DNA of 64,000 bases, from positions 66,251-130,250 of the forward strand of contig JANPIZ010000004.1 in assembly GCA_031425235.1 (NCBI GenBank), given 5' to 3'. Origin of the DNA: Candidatus Nomurabacteria bacterium. Lineage in GTDB: Bacteria; Patescibacteriota; Minisyncoccia; Phycocordibacterales; UBA9973. The notes beneath the pieces are model-generated. The model had not been told where the DNA came from and ran no database searches. It saw only the letters and a program-made list of their open reading frames with translations. The position numbers and the translations under genes are program-made. Shown here in pieces: positions 9,810 to 20,591 of the stretch. Positions within the stretch are counted from its first letter, which is position 1. Each line of letters begins with the position of its first letter.

Positions 9810-10259
9810 TTAAAATGGAATGTCTTCAGGATTTATATCTTCTTCTGGGTACTCGATTGAATCAAGATCCTCATTTTCTGACTTTTGTGGTGAGCCACCT
9901 GCCTGGGTTGGGGTTCCTCCTCCTGTTCCCCCTCGTGGGCCAAATTGGGTACGATCAGCGATGATTTCAGTACGATACTTCTTCTCCCCGCTTCCCTTGT
10001 CTTCCCAACTTCGTGTTTGCATTCTTCCTTCAACAAGGATTGAGCTCCCCTTTTTCATGTACTGAGCCACTGTTTCAGCTTGGCGACCAAACACAACTAC
10101 GTTGTGATAATCAGCAGATTCTTGGCGACTACCGTTCTTGTCTTTCCAGACACGATTTGTAGCTAATGAGAAAGAACATACTTTAATACCAGAAGGAAGT
10201 GATTTTAATTCTGGGTCACGGGTTAGATTTCCTATTAATATTGCCTTGTTTAAATACAT
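9810..10259 (-). CDS. ssb: single-stranded DNA-binding protein
   Basis: OB-fold N-terminus (NKAILIGNLTRDPEL), glycine-rich linker, acidic C-terminal tip ending DIPF. Confidence 0.85.
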   Translation of the reverse strand: MYLNKAILIGNLTRDPELKSLPSGIKVCSFSLATNRVWKDKNGSRQESADYHNVVVFGRQAETVAQYMKKGSSILVEGRMQTRSWEDKGSGEKKYRTEIIADRTQFGPRGGTGGGTPTQAGGSPQKSENEDLDSIEYPEEDINPEDIPF

Positions 10260-10264
10260 ATATA

Positions 10265-10768
10265 TTATGAAATAAGTGCGTCGATTTCTTTATCAACTTC
10301 TTCTTTATTTATCGGAGCAGCCACTTCATCAGGTTTTTTGATATTCAAAGGTCTTTTGCCTACTCCCCGTCCGATAAACCTTTTTGTAGCAATAGTGTTT
10401 TCGCGAACAGTTTTTAATATTAAAAATCGAATGATGTTTGGATCGAGATCAAGTTGCTTTTTAAAAGCTAATATTCCTTCCGCATTCATAGTAAATTTTA
10501 TCCAGCCAAAGTACCCAGTGGTGAATTTATTGCGTATGTTATTGGTAACTTTTAGCATTTGATATGCGAGAGTCATCATTTTTGGCATTTCTTCTGAGAT
10601 AAATTCACCCTTGTATGTAGTAGTAATGAGCTCTTTGAGATCGCCCGCAACAGCCGGAACAGTACCCTCTTCAAGGGTAGGCACTAAAATATAGCCGAGT
10701 TCGTATACTTTGCCATTTGTACTGTCTTTTATTGGATTTTCTTCGCCGTTATTTTCACTTGCTTGCAT
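10265..10768 (-). CDS. rpsF: 30S ribosomal protein S6
   Basis: YELGYILVP...LAYQM core, conserved rpsF-ssb-rpsR order, acidic tail. Confidence 0.7.
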   Translation of the reverse strand: MQASENNGEENPIKDSTNGKVYELGYILVPTLEEGTVPAVAGDLKELITTTYKGEFISEEMPKMMTLAYQMLKVTNNIRNKFTTGYFGWIKFTMNAEGILAFKKQLDLDPNIIRFLILKTVRENTIATKRFIGRGVGKRPLNIKKPDEVAAPINKEEVDKEIDALIS

Positions 10769-10804
10769 GGCTCTTATACTAACAAAAAGTCTTTAAAAAG
10801 TAAA

Positions 10805-10864
10805 CCCCGTAGTGAATTTTGAAAAAAATATGGGTTTTAAACATTCTCAAAATCTACTACAGGG
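10805..10864. repeat. intergenic inverted-repeat element (family A), between TatD-like gene and rpsF
   Basis: ccccgtagtgaattttg ...26 nt... caaaatctactacaggg; arms are near reverse complements. Confidence 0.7.
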
Positions 10865-11693
10865 TAAAGACTCGCTTGGCATTTGCAAGAATTACTGCCG
10901 CAGCTTCTTCCTCAGGAATGTTCTTCAGCAGGGCAATTTTCTTAACTACTTCTCGCACATGTACTGGTTCATTTCTTTTACCTCTGTGTGGCGCTGGAGT
11001 TACATACGGGCAATCGGTTTCGGTCATTATACTGTCTAAAGGGATAAACTTGATCACTTCATCGTAGTCAGTCGTAAAAGTAATAACTCCGGTAAAAGAT
11101 AGCGTAAAACCAAAATCCAAAAATGCTTGCGCTTCAGGGATACCGCCGGCAAAAAAATGCACATCGCCTTTGACCTTGGCATGTTGTTTTAAAATTTCGA
11201 GCGCATCAAAATATGCATTTTTACTTTTGTCTTTTGGATTGTTGCGAATATGAAGCATAATCGGTTTATTCACTTCGTTGGCAAGTTCTATTTGAGCTAT
11301 TAATGCAGCTTTCTGTTTATCGATTGATTCATCGTCCATCCGATAGTAGTCGAGCCCACATTCCCCTATGCCGAGCACTTTTGGGTGTTTTAAAAGTTCT
11401 CGGTATGCATCTCTATCAAACACTTCACCGCGTGACGTAAACTCTTTACCACCCTCGCCCAATTCTTTTGTGTCGTGATATGAAGCTCCTGTGTGAATCG
11501 GATGTAGTCCCACAATAGCATACACATGTTCTGGATACTCGCTGATCATCTCTACAGCCTTGCGTGATGTATCTATCTGCGTGCCAACATTGATCACGAT
11601 GGTATTGTTATCAAGCGCACGCTTCATAACTTCATCTCGATCAGCATCGAAAGCATTAAAATTCACATGTGAATGTATATCTATGTATTTCAT
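10857..11693 (-). CDS. TatD-family metal-dependent hydrolase/DNase
   Basis: MKYIDIHSHV... (HxH motif), TatD-like length and motifs. ORF extends upstream to 11750 but MKYIDIH is the likely start. Confidence 0.8.
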   Translation of the reverse strand: MKYIDIHSHVNFNAFDADRDEVMKRALDNNTIVINVGTQIDTSRKAVEMISEYPEHVYAIVGLHPIHTGASYHDTKELGEGGKEFTSRGEVFDRDAYRELLKHPKVLGIGECGLDYYRMDDESIDKQKAALIAQIELANEVNKPIMLHIRNNPKDKSKNAYFDALEILKQHAKVKGDVHFFAGGIPEAQAFLDFGFTLSFTGVITFTTDYDEVIKFIPLDSIMTETDCPYVTPAPHRGKRNEPVHVREVVKKIALLKNIPEEEAAAVILANAKRVFTL

Positions 11694-11712
11694 AACAATT
11701 CTTGCTAATCTT

Positions 11713-11976
11713 CTATTGCTTTGATCCTGGTTTATTAATATCCCTCGCAAAAGAATTTAATGTAGTTAACTTTAGAAAAGGTGCCATGTCGCTTTGATCA
11801 ATATATGTTAAAACTTTATTTTCAATAAAAGGGTCGCGAGTCATCATTGTAACTAATTCAGAGTAAGGGATCTTGTATTCCTCCACACCTTTAAGATTTA
11901 CTATCTGTTCTAAAGTAGTTTCTAAGTTCTCCAATATCTCCTTTGAATATGCATGTACATTAAGTCCTTCTTCCAT
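11713..11976 (-). CDS. hypothetical protein
   Basis: 87-aa ORF immediately downstream of metG; no recognisable domain. Confidence 0.3.
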   Translation of the reverse strand: MEEGLNVHAYSKEILENLETTLEQIVNLKGVEEYKIPYSELVTMMTRDPFIENKVLTYIDQSDMAPFLKLTTLNSFARDINKPGSKQ

Positions 11977-11987
11977 AAAATTAGAAT

Positions 11988-13427
11988 TTATTCCTTACGT
12001 AAAAATAATGGTGCTTCAGGTTTTTTATTTTCTTTAATTAATTTTTTTATCTTTTCTGAAGTCTCGGGAAGTATCGGATTAAGCATTCTTCCTATTTGGT
12101 ATAAACGAACTACCATATTTGAAATCAATTCTTTACCTTTTTCAACATCCACTTTTACTACTTTAAATGGTTCGGTTTCTTGTATAAATTTGTCTAGCGC
12201 TCCTACCTCATTCCAAATAAATTCGGTGGCTTGCTTCACATCAAACTCTTCAAAGAAATTAAAATATCGAGTAAAATCAGACTTTTCTGGGATCTCTGGA
12301 GTTTTATCCAAATACTTTTCCGACAACGTCAAAATACGTGAAGTTAGGTTACCCAAACCATTCGCAAGTCCTGAATTATAGGAATCTTTAAATCGCTCCA
12401 TGGTAAATGGACTATCATCAAAGGGAGAAATTTCACGCAGTAAAAAATACCTCAGTGCATCAGTTCCGTATTCTTTGACCACATCTATAGGATTTATGAC
12501 ATTACCTAATGACTTCGACATTCTAATGCCTCCTTCTCCTGTTATAAATCCATGATAAATAATCTTATCAGTGGTGGCCAAACCCGCAGACATCAGCATC
12601 CCCTGCCACATGACTGACTGGAATTTAACCATATCTTTCCCCGCGGTTTGAATGTGTTCTCCTTGCTCCCAGAATTTTTCAAACTTTTCTTTATTGTTCG
12701 GCCAACCAAGAGTAGATATGTAATTCACTAAGGCGTCGAACCATACGTACATGATTTGGGTATCGTCCCCCGGCACTGGTATGCCCCAGTTAAAACGTTC
12801 CACACTACGAGATATGGAAAAGTCTTCCATGGCATTTCCAACAAAATCGAGCGCTTCTTGTCGTCGCCATTCTGGAAGAATTGAATTTATGTTACCTAAA
12901 TACGCAAGCAATTCAGTTCTATATTTACTTAACCTAAAAAAATAATTCTCTTCTTCGATCATTTCCGGTGTGAGCGTGGGATGAAACTCACACTTACCAT
13001 CTATCAAATCTTTTTCGGTGATGAATTTTTCACATCCTACGCAATACAACCCTTTATATTTCTTTTTGTAAATATCTCCGCGTGCGTCGCACAGACGCCA
13101 AAATTCTTGGGCGGCTTTTACGTGTTCTTCGTCGGTAGTTCTAATAAAATTGTCGCTCGAAATATTTAATACTCGTCCAAGTTCCTTATATATTCGAGCA
13201 TAATTATCTACGTATTCCTGCACAGGTTTACCTTGGTTTTGCGCAGCTTCCCAAATCTTTTGACCGTGTTCGTCTGTGCCTGTGGTGAAAAAAACGTCTC
13301 GCCCGACCAATCGATGATATCGTGCAATAGCATCTGACTGCACGAGCTCGAGCGCAAAGCCAATATGGGGATCAGCATTTACATAAGGTATTGTTGTAGT
13401 TATATAAAAACTTTTCTTTTCTATCAT
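11988..13427 (-). CDS. metG: methionyl-tRNA synthetase (short form)
   Basis: Class I motifs PHIGFA (HIGH-type) and RMSKSLGN (KMSKS); 479 aa with no C-terminal tRNA-binding extension. Confidence 0.85.
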   Translation of the reverse strand: MIEKKSFYITTTIPYVNADPHIGFALELVQSDAIARYHRLVGRDVFFTTGTDEHGQKIWEAAQNQGKPVQEYVDNYARIYKELGRVLNISSDNFIRTTDEEHVKAAQEFWRLCDARGDIYKKKYKGLYCVGCEKFITEKDLIDGKCEFHPTLTPEMIEEENYFFRLSKYRTELLAYLGNINSILPEWRRQEALDFVGNAMEDFSISRSVERFNWGIPVPGDDTQIMYVWFDALVNYISTLGWPNNKEKFEKFWEQGEHIQTAGKDMVKFQSVMWQGMLMSAGLATTDKIIYHGFITGEGGIRMSKSLGNVINPIDVVKEYGTDALRYFLLREISPFDDSPFTMERFKDSYNSGLANGLGNLTSRILTLSEKYLDKTPEIPEKSDFTRYFNFFEEFDVKQATEFIWNEVGALDKFIQETEPFKVVKVDVEKGKELISNMVVRLYQIGRMLNPILPETSEKIKKLIKENKKPEAPLFLRKE

Positions 13428-13433
13428 AATTAT

Positions 13434-14504
13434 TTATTTTTGGGTTCTAGCTAAAATTTTATCTTTTTCAATGTCACTCAAAAATTCCATGATAACCACT
13501 GTTGCCGGAATTGCAAGCACAAGCCCCCACACACCGTCTAGCTCGAAACCTATGAGTGCCGCGAGGATAATAACAATTGGTGACAAACCCACAACCTTGT
13601 TGATAACGAGCGGAGAAAGTAAGAAAACTTCAAACTCATGAATGATCAGGTATGCACCAGCCACCATGAGCGAACTCGTAACTCCCCCGGACAGGTACGC
13701 AAAGGAAACCGCGGGAATAATCGCAATCAAAATACCATATGGGATAAGTTCCATGACTCCGGCTATGATCGCTAACAAGAGCGCATATTGAATACCAAGA
13801 AGAGAAAGTACAAGATACGTCAGCACAGTAATAATAAGAGCAAGTAACAACTGACCCTTGACCCACAAGGCTATTTTCCTGCGTGAACGCTCCCATAGAT
13901 CAACCACATAATCTTCATACCGGATTGGGAAAATAATTCGCAAGAAATTTTCTATACCCTTTTCTTGAATCGACAGATAGAAAGAAATCAAAATGATGAG
14001 CATGAAATTAACAAGTCCTCCAAAGATAACAGATAGAGTTTGGAAAAAGCCTGCTGAAAGATTTGTCACGAATGCTTTGGAAACAGACATGAGTGAAGTA
14101 AGAGAGAAATCGTTTGAAAGAGTGCCTACAATATCTTTAGCTCCCGAAAATGCTTCATTGTGGAAATAATCCAAGAAGGCTACTCCTGGAATATACAGAG
14201 AGATAAATGATGAAAAATTATATAATTCCGTAATGAGCAGTGGCGCAAAGAGGTAAAATAACGCAGCTAAAACAAGTAGTGAAGTTGTATACAATGTTAC
14301 AATCCCGAGTACCCGACCAACACCAATTTTCCTAAAATGAGGCACTGCAGACTCGACAAAAGACGCTATCACAATGGATGTCAAAATAACAAGAATAATA
14401 TCTCTTAAAAACCAAACCAACACAAAAGCGAGAGCAACTAAAAATACTCGTAGAATCGTTTCAGTAGATATGGAAATACGTGTTACGGACGATTTTTCAA
14501 ACAT
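13434..14504 (-). CDS. AI-2E/UPF0118 family membrane transporter-like protein
   Basis: 356 aa, ~8 predicted TM helices, overall AI-2E (PerM-like) architecture. Confidence 0.55.
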   Translation of the reverse strand: MFEKSSVTRISISTETILRVFLVALAFVLVWFLRDIILVILTSIVIASFVESAVPHFRKIGVGRVLGIVTLYTTSLLVLAALFYLFAPLLITELYNFSSFISLYIPGVAFLDYFHNEAFSGAKDIVGTLSNDFSLTSLMSVSKAFVTNLSAGFFQTLSVIFGGLVNFMLIILISFYLSIQEKGIENFLRIIFPIRYEDYVVDLWERSRRKIALWVKGQLLLALIITVLTYLVLSLLGIQYALLLAIIAGVMELIPYGILIAIIPAVSFAYLSGGVTSSLMVAGAYLIIHEFEVFLLSPLVINKVVGLSPIVIILAALIGFELDGVWGLVLAIPATVVIMEFLSDIEKDKILARTQK

Positions 14505-14548
14505 ATATTAATGATACCAAAAAAGACCTTAAATATCTATATACGAGG

Positions 14549-15817
14549 TTAAAATTTGAGAAGTTTTGTAAACTGATCTTCTTTTTTAAATGGACCAATG
14601 AGCGCCAAATTTAAGCCTTTATTGTTAAATATCTGTTTTGCTAACGTTTGAATTTGAGTTGCCGTCACTTTACGTATTGCTTTTGCTTTTTCTTCAGCTT
14701 GTTTTATCTTTCGTTTTAAAAGCTCCTGACCGCCGTAAAAGTTGGCGATATCGTCGCTTGATTCGAGCGAAAGCTTCATGTTCCCTATCAGGCATTCTTT
14801 TACTTTATGTAATTCCTCTTCAGTGACTTTAAATTTCTTTAATTTTTTACATTCTTCGATAACTGCGTACAGCACTTCTTCGATTCTTTTATTATCAACG
14901 CCCGCCGAAATTTGAAAAAATCCATGATCGGTATAGGCGTCGTTGTAAGCACGAACATAGTATCCTACTCCCATCTCTTCGCGAAGACGCTGGAAAAGCC
15001 GGGAGCTCATGCCTCCCCCGAGTATTCCACTGAGCACTGACAGCGTGGTCGCATATGTGCTAAAAATATCATATGTACGAACACCAAGCACAAAATGCGT
15101 CTGATCAGTTTGCTTGAATTTTACCAGAACTTCTGGTTTGTGTTGAACTTCTTTTACCTTTATTTTTGATGCTTTTTTGTCGTTTTTGACGTCTTTAAAA
15201 ACCTTGTTCACCTCTTTTATAACTTCAGCCGGTGTGACCTTACCAGCAACTACGATAAGTGTCGCTTTAGGTACATAGTGTTCGTTTTTATATTTCACAA
15301 AATCATCTCGCTTCATATCCAAAATATTCTGCCTCTCCCCTGCAATATTCCAACCAGCAGGGGTGTCGCCGTACAGCAACTTCATCATAAGATCCTGCAC
15401 ATGTCGCTGGGGCATGTCTTCGTACATATTTATTTCTTCTATAATCACGCCTTTTTCTTTTTCAATTTCTGCATCGGGAAAAGTCGAATTCAAATAAATA
15501 TCCGACACAATATCAAATACTTGTTTGAAATGTTTGGCGCTCGACTTGGCGTAGTACCCAGTGTATTCTTGCGCGGTAAACGCATTGTACTGACTGCCGA
15601 GTGCGTCGAGCTCTTTTGATATGTCGATCCCTTTCGGCCTCTTGGTCGTACCCTTGAAACACATATGTTCTAGAAAATGCGATATACCATTTATTTTTTT
15701 CTCTTCGTATTTTGATCCAGTTTCTACGAGCACAAGCACAGTCACTGTCGGATTATCTTTCATCGGCACCGTCACCACGCGGAGTCCATTTTTTAAAACT
15801 TTTTTACTGTATTTCAT
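14549..15817 (-). CDS. M16-family (insulinase-like) zinc peptidase
   Basis: Inverted zinc motif HFLEHM (HxxEH) near the N-terminus, 422 aa. Confidence 0.85.
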   Translation of the reverse strand: MKYSKKVLKNGLRVVTVPMKDNPTVTVLVLVETGSKYEEKKINGISHFLEHMCFKGTTKRPKGIDISKELDALGSQYNAFTAQEYTGYYAKSSAKHFKQVFDIVSDIYLNSTFPDAEIEKEKGVIIEEINMYEDMPQRHVQDLMMKLLYGDTPAGWNIAGERQNILDMKRDDFVKYKNEHYVPKATLIVVAGKVTPAEVIKEVNKVFKDVKNDKKASKIKVKEVQHKPEVLVKFKQTDQTHFVLGVRTYDIFSTYATTLSVLSGILGGGMSSRLFQRLREEMGVGYYVRAYNDAYTDHGFFQISAGVDNKRIEEVLYAVIEECKKLKKFKVTEEELHKVKECLIGNMKLSLESSDDIANFYGGQELLKRKIKQAEEKAKAIRKVTATQIQTLAKQIFNNKGLNLALIGPFKKEDQFTKLLKF

Positions 15818-15829
15818 TTGATTTCATAT

Positions 15830-16288
15830 TTATAATTTACCTTTATATTTTTTTAAAAATCCCTCCATCGTCGAGTGTTGCGGCAAAGGCATATTTTCTA
15901 ACGTATACCATTTCACTGCATCGAATTTGTGCGGCTCACCATTTCTAACCTTATCTGGGTCGACGAGAACCTTGAAATCAAGTGCGGTCCAGTGCAATTT
16001 TTGACCATTTTCTTCCTTTATAACGTCCCTATAACCCAAGAATTCATAGTCTAGCACATCAGTGCAATATTCCTCTTTGATTTCGTTTTTTAACGTATCG
16101 ACGACCGTATCACCAAACTCAAGCCCACCTCCGCCAATATCCCAGCGACCATGTTCATCGCGACAATTCTCACTCCGTTTACTAAACACAACGTTCCCCT
16201 TACCATCGTGGCAAAAATATACAACAGCGATTCCTACATGATCAATTCCTTTTTGCATATTATTTTGGCGGATGTTTAAAAAATTCAT
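15830..16288 (-). CDS. Nudix hydrolase
   Basis: GGGLEFGDTVVDTLKNEIKEEYC resembles a Nudix box; 152 aa. Confidence 0.55.
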   Translation of the reverse strand: MNFLNIRQNNMQKGIDHVGIAVVYFCHDGKGNVVFSKRSENCRDEHGRWDIGGGGLEFGDTVVDTLKNEIKEEYCTDVLDYEFLGYRDVIKEENGQKLHWTALDFKVLVDPDKVRNGEPHKFDAVKWYTLENMPLPQHSTMEGFLKKYKGKL

Positions 16289-17261
16289 AAGTCAATTGTG
16301 TATTAGGTGACTCACTAGCTGATATTTTTTTCCAACCCATATAGGCTAATTTTTTCAAAGACCCTTTACCATATATTTTTTCAATAATACGTAAATGCAT
16401 CATCTCCCCCGTAATTTGACCTCTTTTTATGTCTCGCCAAACATCTTCTTTCGAAATCTTTTTTGTTTTGGCTATATGTTTTACTATTTGTTCAACTGTA
16501 TCAAGAAAAAGTTTATGTCCTGCATTTTTTTTAAGAAAAAAATGGAATAAATTTTTTGTTACAAAATTTTTGCCAAATTTTTTAGAAATTATATCAAGTT
16601 CGTTTTTCATAGTTACCGCTTCATCAAAACCAAGAAAGTAATCTGTGCCATTCGTACCGTGCTTATCATATTTATCTTTTCCCATAAAATGATATCCGCA
16701 ACGATAATAAGTTACTTCATTTTTTTCTATTATATATTTGTGATATGAAACTTTATGTGTAATCTCATGTATTAGACTATTGATATACGCTAAGCTAGTT
16801 TTTTCTTTATATTTAAAGATCGTGGCTGTAAGGACTACCTTAATCTTCTCGGCAAAATTTAACTTTTCTTGTTTCAGAATCATAATTTGATCTGTTGGCA
16901 CAGAGTATCCGCCACCACGATTGTGCGATAAACGATTAAAAAAATGTACTTCATCCTCAGTAATAGAAAAATTCTTTTCTAGGCCCAATTCTTTTAATTC
17001 CTCTTGAACAAGACTAACTGCGTCTCGAATAGTTTCTTTATCCTCTGCAGATGCTCGTATCTCTATTTGGTCCACATGCTTATCAAAACTGCTAAATCCC
17101 GAATTTTGTTTTTTTACTTTGTTTAATAGTTCTGTTGCCTGTTTCTTTTTTTGAGCATCTTGTTCACTCAAAACCGAAGGTTCCGGGTCAGGGTTTTTCC
17201 CCTCTTTTATTGCCTGCTTTCGTTCCTCTCTTCTTGGAATAAGAAAATTATATTCTTCCAT
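16260..17261 (-). CDS. hypothetical protein with HExxH motif (possible zincin-like metallopeptidase)
   Basis: LIHEITHKV motif; otherwise unrecognised; 333 aa. Confidence 0.35.
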   Translation of the reverse strand: MEEYNFLIPRREERKQAIKEGKNPDPEPSVLSEQDAQKKKQATELLNKVKKQNSGFSSFDKHVDQIEIRASAEDKETIRDAVSLVQEELKELGLEKNFSITEDEVHFFNRLSHNRGGGYSVPTDQIMILKQEKLNFAEKIKVVLTATIFKYKEKTSLAYINSLIHEITHKVSYHKYIIEKNEVTYYRCGYHFMGKDKYDKHGTNGTDYFLGFDEAVTMKNELDIISKKFGKNFVTKNLFHFFLKKNAGHKLFLDTVEQIVKHIAKTKKISKEDVWRDIKRGQITGEMMHLRIIEKIYGKGSLKKLAYMGWKKISASESPNTQLTYEFFKHPPK

Positions 17262-18560
17262 TTAGATTCTCTCTTTTATATATTTTTCTAAATCGCTCAC
17301 CTGTATTCTTGTCTGCTCTCCGGTATCTCGGTCACGGACTGTTACCGTATCATCTTCTAACGTATCAAAATCGATAACAATACAAAATGGTGTACCTATT
17401 TCATCCTGGCGACGATACCGCTTGCCTATGTTTCCATTATCATCCCACGCCACCCGGCCGAATTCGGATTTGAGTGCACCATGCACGAGCCGTGCTTTAT
17501 CTACGAGTTCAGCCTTGTTTTTAAGAAGTGGGGACACAGCGCATACGACAGGAGCCATGTTTGCTTTTAAGGCAAGATACGCTCGAGTTTCTCCATTTTT
17601 TTCATCCTCTTTGTATGCCGACACGAGGAGGGCAAGTAACATCCGATCCACACCCATCGATGGTTCGATAACATGTGGTACTATCTTTGTTTTATTTTCT
17701 TCATCAAGATAATTAAGCTTATGATTGTCTAAATCAAAGCTACCTCGATATGCCAACCCTAAAAGTTCTTTTTGCCCGAAAGGAAATTCGAATTCGAAAT
17801 CAATAGTTCGTTTTGAGTAGTGTGCCCTGTCGGCATCACCTATTTCAATTTCATGAAGGCGTGACATGTCGAGTCCGAGCTCTTCCACAAATTCAAGTAC
17901 GCTATCCTTCCAATATGTAAAATATTTATCCCAATCAGCTTCACGTATAAAATATTCCACTTCCATTTGTTCGAGTTCTCGCACACGAAACACAAAATCA
18001 CGAGGAGTTATTTCATTTCGAAACGCTTTACCTATTTGAGCAATACCAAAAGGAAGTTTTGGATGAAATGAATCAACCACATTTTTGAAATTTACAAATA
18101 CCCCTTGTGCGGTTTCAGGACGCAAATATACAGTGGCGGAGGAATCTTCCATAGCGCCTATTTGTGTTGCAAACATCATATTGAATTGCCTCGCCTCTCC
18201 AAGAGCTCCATTACAATCAGGGCATTTTTTAACATCTTCGAGTTGATCAGCACGGAAGCGATGCTGGCACTTGCTGCACTCTACAAGCGGATCAGAAAAC
18301 CCAGCCACATGTCCTGAGGCTTCCCATACTTTCGAATTCATAAGAATTGCAGCATCTACTTCATACATATCGTCACGAGAAGAAACAAATTTCTTCCTCC
18401 ATGCTTCCTTTATGTTATTCTTGAGTGCTACACCAAGCGGGCCATAATCCCATGTACCTGCAAGCCCACCATATATTTCAGAACCTTGAAAAATAAAGCC
18501 GCGTCTTTTACAAAGCGAAACTATCTTTTCCATTAATTCATTTTTTTCTTTATGTTGCAT
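17262..18560 (-). CDS. glyS: glycyl-tRNA synthetase, dimeric (alpha2) type
   Basis: N-terminus RRGFIFQGSEIYGGLAGTWDYGPLG, class II motifs, C-terminal anticodon-binding domain. Confidence 0.9.
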   Translation of the reverse strand: MQHKEKNELMEKIVSLCKRRGFIFQGSEIYGGLAGTWDYGPLGVALKNNIKEAWRKKFVSSRDDMYEVDAAILMNSKVWEASGHVAGFSDPLVECSKCQHRFRADQLEDVKKCPDCNGALGEARQFNMMFATQIGAMEDSSATVYLRPETAQGVFVNFKNVVDSFHPKLPFGIAQIGKAFRNEITPRDFVFRVRELEQMEVEYFIREADWDKYFTYWKDSVLEFVEELGLDMSRLHEIEIGDADRAHYSKRTIDFEFEFPFGQKELLGLAYRGSFDLDNHKLNYLDEENKTKIVPHVIEPSMGVDRMLLALLVSAYKEDEKNGETRAYLALKANMAPVVCAVSPLLKNKAELVDKARLVHGALKSEFGRVAWDDNGNIGKRYRRQDEIGTPFCIVIDFDTLEDDTVTVRDRDTGEQTRIQVSDLEKYIKERI

Positions 18561-18563
18561 ATA

Positions 18564-20504
18564 TTACTCAGTCACAAGCCCACTACCAACTGGAGCCAGA
18601 TTATCCAGAGAGAGGTCGGTACGCAAAGAGCCTTTTGCTACCCTTAGGTCTACCTTAGCAAAATCATCACGCCCGGTCAAAACTGCATCATTGATAATAA
18701 CAGCGAGATTATTTATTTGTGAGAAAAGTGGAGTAAGTGCAACTTGGAATGAAACTGTCTTCGCGGCAGTGGTAACACCTGTTGCTTTGAGTATACTGCC
18801 TGCATTCCAAACAACTTCCCGGCTCGAAGAATTAAATACGACATCCTCCGTTGCAGGTGATACAGAACCCACGAAACGCACCCACGTAGGCAACACCGCA
18901 CGCACTTGGGCTTTTGAAATATTGTTTGATGAATTTGAGATGGACCACACGATAGTATACGTGGTTTCCTTTTCAGCCTGTGGAGGTATCGGACCAGTAT
19001 TTTTAAACGCCCCAGAGTAGTACAAGGCTTTGTTTGATAATGCTAAATCAGAAGTTACTTTAATTGTTTTTGTTTCAGAATTATTTAGTTCTTGTGGCTC
19101 ATACCCAGCAACCAATTGCTTGCCCGTTATAGAAACTTCTATATTGATAGCAGGGCTATTAATTATTCCACCAATGGCTGATAAGAGCGGAATAGGATCG
19201 ATCGTAAAATTTACAGATCCAAAATCTCCTGGATTTATTTCAGCAAATTGCTCATTTGAAAATTTATCCCATACGAGAGTTGTTTGAGTTGAATCATATG
19301 TGCCCTGGTCTGCAGTGACAGTTTTTGTATTAAAAGCATTCCCTGTTATTTTTGCTCGGATTTCAAGATCGTTAACTTTTGTATCAAGGTTGTTACCCCA
19401 ATTGATGCTACCGTTAATGAGTGTTTTTGAATTTGTTGAATATTCCCTCTGCAATACGCCATTTATAGCAAGAGTCGCTTCGATAAAAGGCTTTTTAACT
19501 GACACGGTATGAGTGAGAGTGTTGAAAATAACTCCAATGTTTGATTTATCTGTTCCTCCCTGCTCACCACTATACACTCGGAAACTTTTTTGCTCACCGT
19601 CAAATACATCCACCATTCTGCCGGAAATCGAAATAGGGCGACTAACTCCAGGAGCAAGATCACCCATATTCCATATATTATTACCCATAGAGGGCTCAGG
19701 GTTTGCCGATACGAACTGGAACCCAGCGGGGTAATCTACTTTAAGCAACACACCTGAAACTGCTCTTGTAGAATTAAGTGTAGAAGTAATATTCAAGGTA
19801 ATGTTTTGATTTGGGCTCACGATGGCCGGAGCGTCGACGAGTAGATTAAGTGGTGTCGAATTAATAGTAACTTGAAAAGGTTTTTGTTTTACGAAAATCG
19901 CATTTGAACCTTCAACTCGGTATTCTATGGAGACTTTTATATCCCGCACACTTCCTTGTTCTCCAAATAAAATTAACTTTACATTCTCATTGCGCACCGA
20001 CCCGGCAGCAATAGTGCCAAGAGACTCGCGGAAATGCTCGGTTTCAGCAAGCGTATTGTTCGATGCGCCTTTTGGGTATTCAATAACAAGATCAACAAGG
20101 TCAAGTGGAGCATTGTTTCGATTAATAATACCAATAACAAGCGAAAGATCTTCTCCTCCGGCAGTAAACGTGTTCCCTATGATAGAAATATCAATATTGT
20201 TATTTGAAACAGAATTACCTGAGAAAAAGAAAATGTATGCAGCATAACCGATGGTAAGTGTAAAAAAAACTAATGAAAATATAAAAAATTTCTTAAATCG
20301 GGAAGTTTTCAAGAAAAATTTCTCCTGGAAATCTATGCTCTTTGGCTCAACTGTCTTCGTGTCTTCCCATGAATCCCGCATATCAGAAATGTGTGGATGC
20401 GAAAATGTATCATGGTGATCCATGCGTGGTTGATAGTTTTTACTAAAGAGTTTATTTTTTAACTCTTCAATCCGATTTAATTTATTCCTATCGTTAGGCA
20501 ACAT
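18564..20504 (-). CDS. large membrane-anchored extracellular protein (hypothetical)
   Basis: N-terminal cytoplasmic segment, one TM (FFIFSLVFFTLTIGYAAYIFFF), then ~550 aa of beta-rich S/T/N-rich ectodomain. Confidence 0.5.
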   Translation of the reverse strand: MLPNDRNKLNRIEELKNKLFSKNYQPRMDHHDTFSHPHISDMRDSWEDTKTVEPKSIDFQEKFFLKTSRFKKFFIFSLVFFTLTIGYAAYIFFFSGNSVSNNNIDISIIGNTFTAGGEDLSLVIGIINRNNAPLDLVDLVIEYPKGASNNTLAETEHFRESLGTIAAGSVRNENVKLILFGEQGSVRDIKVSIEYRVEGSNAIFVKQKPFQVTINSTPLNLLVDAPAIVSPNQNITLNITSTLNSTRAVSGVLLKVDYPAGFQFVSANPEPSMGNNIWNMGDLAPGVSRPISISGRMVDVFDGEQKSFRVYSGEQGGTDKSNIGVIFNTLTHTVSVKKPFIEATLAINGVLQREYSTNSKTLINGSINWGNNLDTKVNDLEIRAKITGNAFNTKTVTADQGTYDSTQTTLVWDKFSNEQFAEINPGDFGSVNFTIDPIPLLSAIGGIINSPAINIEVSITGKQLVAGYEPQELNNSETKTIKVTSDLALSNKALYYSGAFKNTGPIPPQAEKETTYTIVWSISNSSNNISKAQVRAVLPTWVRFVGSVSPATEDVVFNSSSREVVWNAGSILKATGVTTAAKTVSFQVALTPLFSQINNLAVIINDAVLTGRDDFAKVDLRVAKGSLRTDLSLDNLAPVGSGLVTE

Positions 20505-20516
20505 ATATCATATTGT

Positions 20517-20554
20517 ACCCCGTAGTGAAGTTTTTTCAAAACTCTACTACAAGG
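20517..20554. repeat. intergenic inverted-repeat element (family A)
   Basis: ccccgtagtgaagtttttt-caaaactctactacaagg, 13 nt upstream of the start of gene 18564..20504. Confidence 0.65.
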
Positions 20555-20591
20555 TGTAGCACTTTACTAGAAATTTTAAAAAGTTGTTTTT